A stretch of DNA of 64,000 bases, taken from Flaccisagitta enflata (lineage: Eukaryota). How positions within the stretch are numbered: position 1 is the stretch's first letter; each line of letters starts with the position of its first letter. The translations under genes and the position numbers were made by a program. The stretch covers positions 18,290,001 through 18,354,000 of the forward strand of contig OZ231126.1 of NCBI GenBank assembly GCA_965153355.1, in the 5' to 3' direction. Below the pieces are notes generated by a model. That model made no database searches, was not told the DNA's origin, and worked only from the letters and a program-made list of their open reading frames with translations. Positions 60,952 to 64,000 of this stretch are shown here, piece by piece.

Positions 60952-62541
60952 GTAGGAAAGAACTTGTGGGAAGGGTAGCTGCGATACCCTTTCCCAAAGA
61001 CATCATGGGAGCCGCAATTGAGGCTGATGATGACACCACAGAAGAAGGTAGAACAGGTTGCTCAAGGGCAATACGTGGTCAGCGATACCCGTTGCCCTGC
61101 CTTGCCTGGTTGTAAATCGGAATGAGAGGCAGGGCAGCGGCCCCAAGGGGGACAAAGTCCTGTAGAATATGGACTTTCATTTGTTCGTTTGTCCGTTCGT
61201 CCGTCCATCCGCCCCGCCCGGCAGATTCAAGGTCTGAGAGGGTAGATTTCAGGCCTGAGTCCCCTGTGTTCTACAGGACGTCGTCCCCTTTGGGGCCGCT
61301 GCCCAAAAAAGCTTGTTGGCAGGGAAGCTGCGATCCCTATTCCCTAAGGCATTTGGGGAGCCGCAATTGGTTGATGACACCATGGAGGAAGGTAGGAATC
61401 CCTGTGGGCAGGGAAGGCGTAATCCAGTTCCTAAAGGCGCTGGGGTAGCCCTGATTGACGCTGATGACGACACCACAGAAGAAGGTAGGAAAGAGCTTAG
61501 GGGCAGGGAAGCTGCGATCCCCAATCCCAAAAGCATCAGGGGAGCCGCAATCGAGGCTGATGATGACACCACAGAAGAAGGTAGGAAAGAGCTTGTGGGC
61601 AGGGAAGCTACAATTCCCATTCCCTAAGGCATTACGAGAGCCGCAATTGGTTGATGCTGCAATTGACTGATGACACCACGGAGGAAGGTAGGAATCCCTG
61701 TGGGCAGAGAAGCTGTTCCTAAAGGCTTCGGGGTAGCCGTGATTGAGGCTGATGACAACACCATGGTAGAAGGTAAGGGAAAGACTTGTGAGCAGGGAAG
61801 CCGTGATTCCTGTGGCCGTGCCTTGGGTGATCAAGGTCGATGATGAGGGAAGATGGGTCGATGGAGGAAGAGAAAGGAAGGGCTTATGGGCAAAGAAGCC
61901 GCAAGTTTTGTTCCCAAGAACACCAGGGGAGCCACGATTGAGACCATTGATGATACCATGGAGGAAGGTAGGAACGAACTGATGGGCAGGGAAGCCGCAA
62001 TTCCAGTCCCCAAAGGCATCGGGGAAGCCGCGATTGAGCCTCTAATCGCGGCTGAAGACGACACCACAGAAGAATGTAGGAGAGAGCTTCTAGTGGGCAC
62101 AGACCACGCGATTACTGGTTGATGATGACCGCATGGAGGAAGGCTGGGGATGTACATGTGGGTAGGGAAGCTGTCGTTCCCATCCGCAAACGCACTGTGG
62201 AAGCCGCGATTGAGGGAAGAGGAAGGCAAGAAAGACCTTGAGAGCAGGGAAGCGGCGATTCCAGTCCTGAAAGGCACCAGGGATGCCGCGATTAAGGCCG
62301 ATGATGACATCACATTACGTGTGTCCAAGAGCCGAAAAAAGGCAAAATTGGCTCTCTCCTGGTAATCATCTGTTTCCATTGCAGAAATCCTATCAAACGA
62401 GCCCTTGCGCGACTATCAATTCGATAGGGAACCATCGTTAGGATGAGTTTGAAGTTTGAAGTTTGAAGCATTATAATCAGTTTTTCTATTAAACAAATTT
62501 TGTCTCTTCTGTACATCACTATGGAAACTTCACATTCTCCC

Positions 62542-63146
62542 CACAGTGGGCCTTAACTAGGTATGAGTTAAAAAAAATCCCCAATGGTAGTGACTTGTAT
62601 GAGTAGGTATGATTTATAATGGAGTATTGATGTAAACCCTTAAAAAAAAATTTCCCTTGAAAATTTTTGCAAAAATTGCTAAAAAGTATTAATTCTTGCA
62701 TATATTTATAAATAGATCTCAAGGATATATTGGTTTCAAAATTCTGACTCAAGATTCACATTCCTGGTGAAATTTCAAATTATTTGATAGGTCACACAAT
62801 ATACTTTCATGAAAAAATAAGATTTTCATATTTCAAGCCACTGTTGCATTCTTTGTAACAGCGGCATAAAAAATGAAAATCTTATTTTTTCCTGAAAGTA
62901 TATAGTCTGACCTATCAAATGATTGGAAATTTCACCAGGAATATGAATCTCAAGTCAGAATTTTGAAACTGATGTATCCTTCAGATCTATATATAAATAT
63001 AAATGAAAATTGATACTTTTTAATGATTTTTGCAAAAATTTTTTTTAAGGGTTTAAATCAATTCTGCTCTATAAATTGTACCTACTAATGCCAGTCACTA
63101 CCATTGGGGATTTCTTTAAACTCATACCCAGTTAAGGCCCACTGTG
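62542..63146. mobile_element. Palindromic MITE with CACAGTG termini and 4-bp TSD (Chapaev-like), nested in another inverted-repeat element (~62392-63198)
   Basis: TIR cacagtgggccttaact, tccc duplicated on both sides, symmetric throughout. Outer inverted repeat tcaaa.gagcc.ttgcgcgact…cgttagg. Confidence 0.75.
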
Positions 63147-63748
63147 TCCCTAACGTTGGTTCCTGTCTGATTGGAAAGTCGCGCAATGGCTCATTTGAAA
63201 GCATTGTTGCATTTTTGCCGGGGTAGTTCAATATGGTCTGACGCCAAGAGCCTCCAAGTCAACTTCCATCAATTGCAGTGCGCTTATGTAATGACGGTTC
63301 AGTATCTTTTTTTTGATTAAGAATAATAGATACGATGAAAAATAATAGATGTACGTGACCTTACATGGTGATCTCTTGGGTTTTTTTCTGAGGAAAAAGA
63401 CCTTGAAGAATTATAGATGTACATGACCTTACTTGGTGATCTCTTGGTTTGTTTGTTTTTTTCTGAGGAAAAAAATATGTATCTAATCAGCGTTGCCTGC
63501 CTTTCGGAAGTCCATTATCTCAAATGTATCAGTTGCGGTATCATTATCGTCATCGTCATCATCATCATCATCGTCATAGATTACGTATGAAGAAAAATCA
63601 GAATCTGGCCTCACAATAGATAAAAAAAAATTATGTTAATTGATCGAAATTTCGGGGTATATGGCAAAGACTCAAAGTCATCTTGCAGGTAAGTGCGCTC
63701 CGCGATCCTGTCGTTGTTCAGCAAATGACCTCACCAATGGATTTACCA

Positions 63749-63836
<88 letters not shown>

Positions 63837-64000
63837 AAGTGTGTGTGTGTTAGCCAACAGCAATGGATAAGTTGTTTTGACCCATCTGCGCGTCGTTTTA
63901 GTCTGATAATTTTGGATATGTTTAATCTGTTCAATCTGTTCAACCTGTTATGTTTTTGATTTGATCAATATGCATGAACTATACATCTGAAAATAAGACA

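Noticed and set aside
62385-62446. Candidate kinesin exon 13 after tttccattgcag
   Set aside because: It runs into an inverted-repeat element, stops after about 20 codons and has no coiled-coil or FHA similarity.

Overview
Repeat-rich animal (invertebrate-like) genomic DNA. The main feature is the 5' part of a plus-strand kinesin-3 gene most similar to the KIF28P/KLP-6 type. I assembled 12 coding exons by hand (14111-60951, 417 codons in one continuous frame). They cover the whole motor domain and the neck, and the gene continues beyond the window. Intron 1 is a minor-spliceosome (U12) AT-AC intron. The best candidate for something new is on the opposite strand inside kinesin intron 5. It is a 3-exon gene (33242-31085) encoding a ~221-aa secreted prepropeptide with a signal peptide, dibasic processing sites and two related C-C-CC-C-C (inhibitor cystine knot-type) peptides, i.e. 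a toxin- or defence-peptide-like precursor. Intron 8 is a stack of nested DNA transposons that can be reconstructed from their target-site duplications. It includes two inverted copies of one 2.9-kb hAT-type element and a dead duplicate of the exon-8 splice donor. Exon 12 is followed by about 13 tandem 96-nt copies of its own 3' end and donor site. The rest of the window is a decayed BEL/Pao LTR element, many DINE-1/HINE-like repeats, MITEs and microsatellites. All family names come from motif recognition only; no searches were run.
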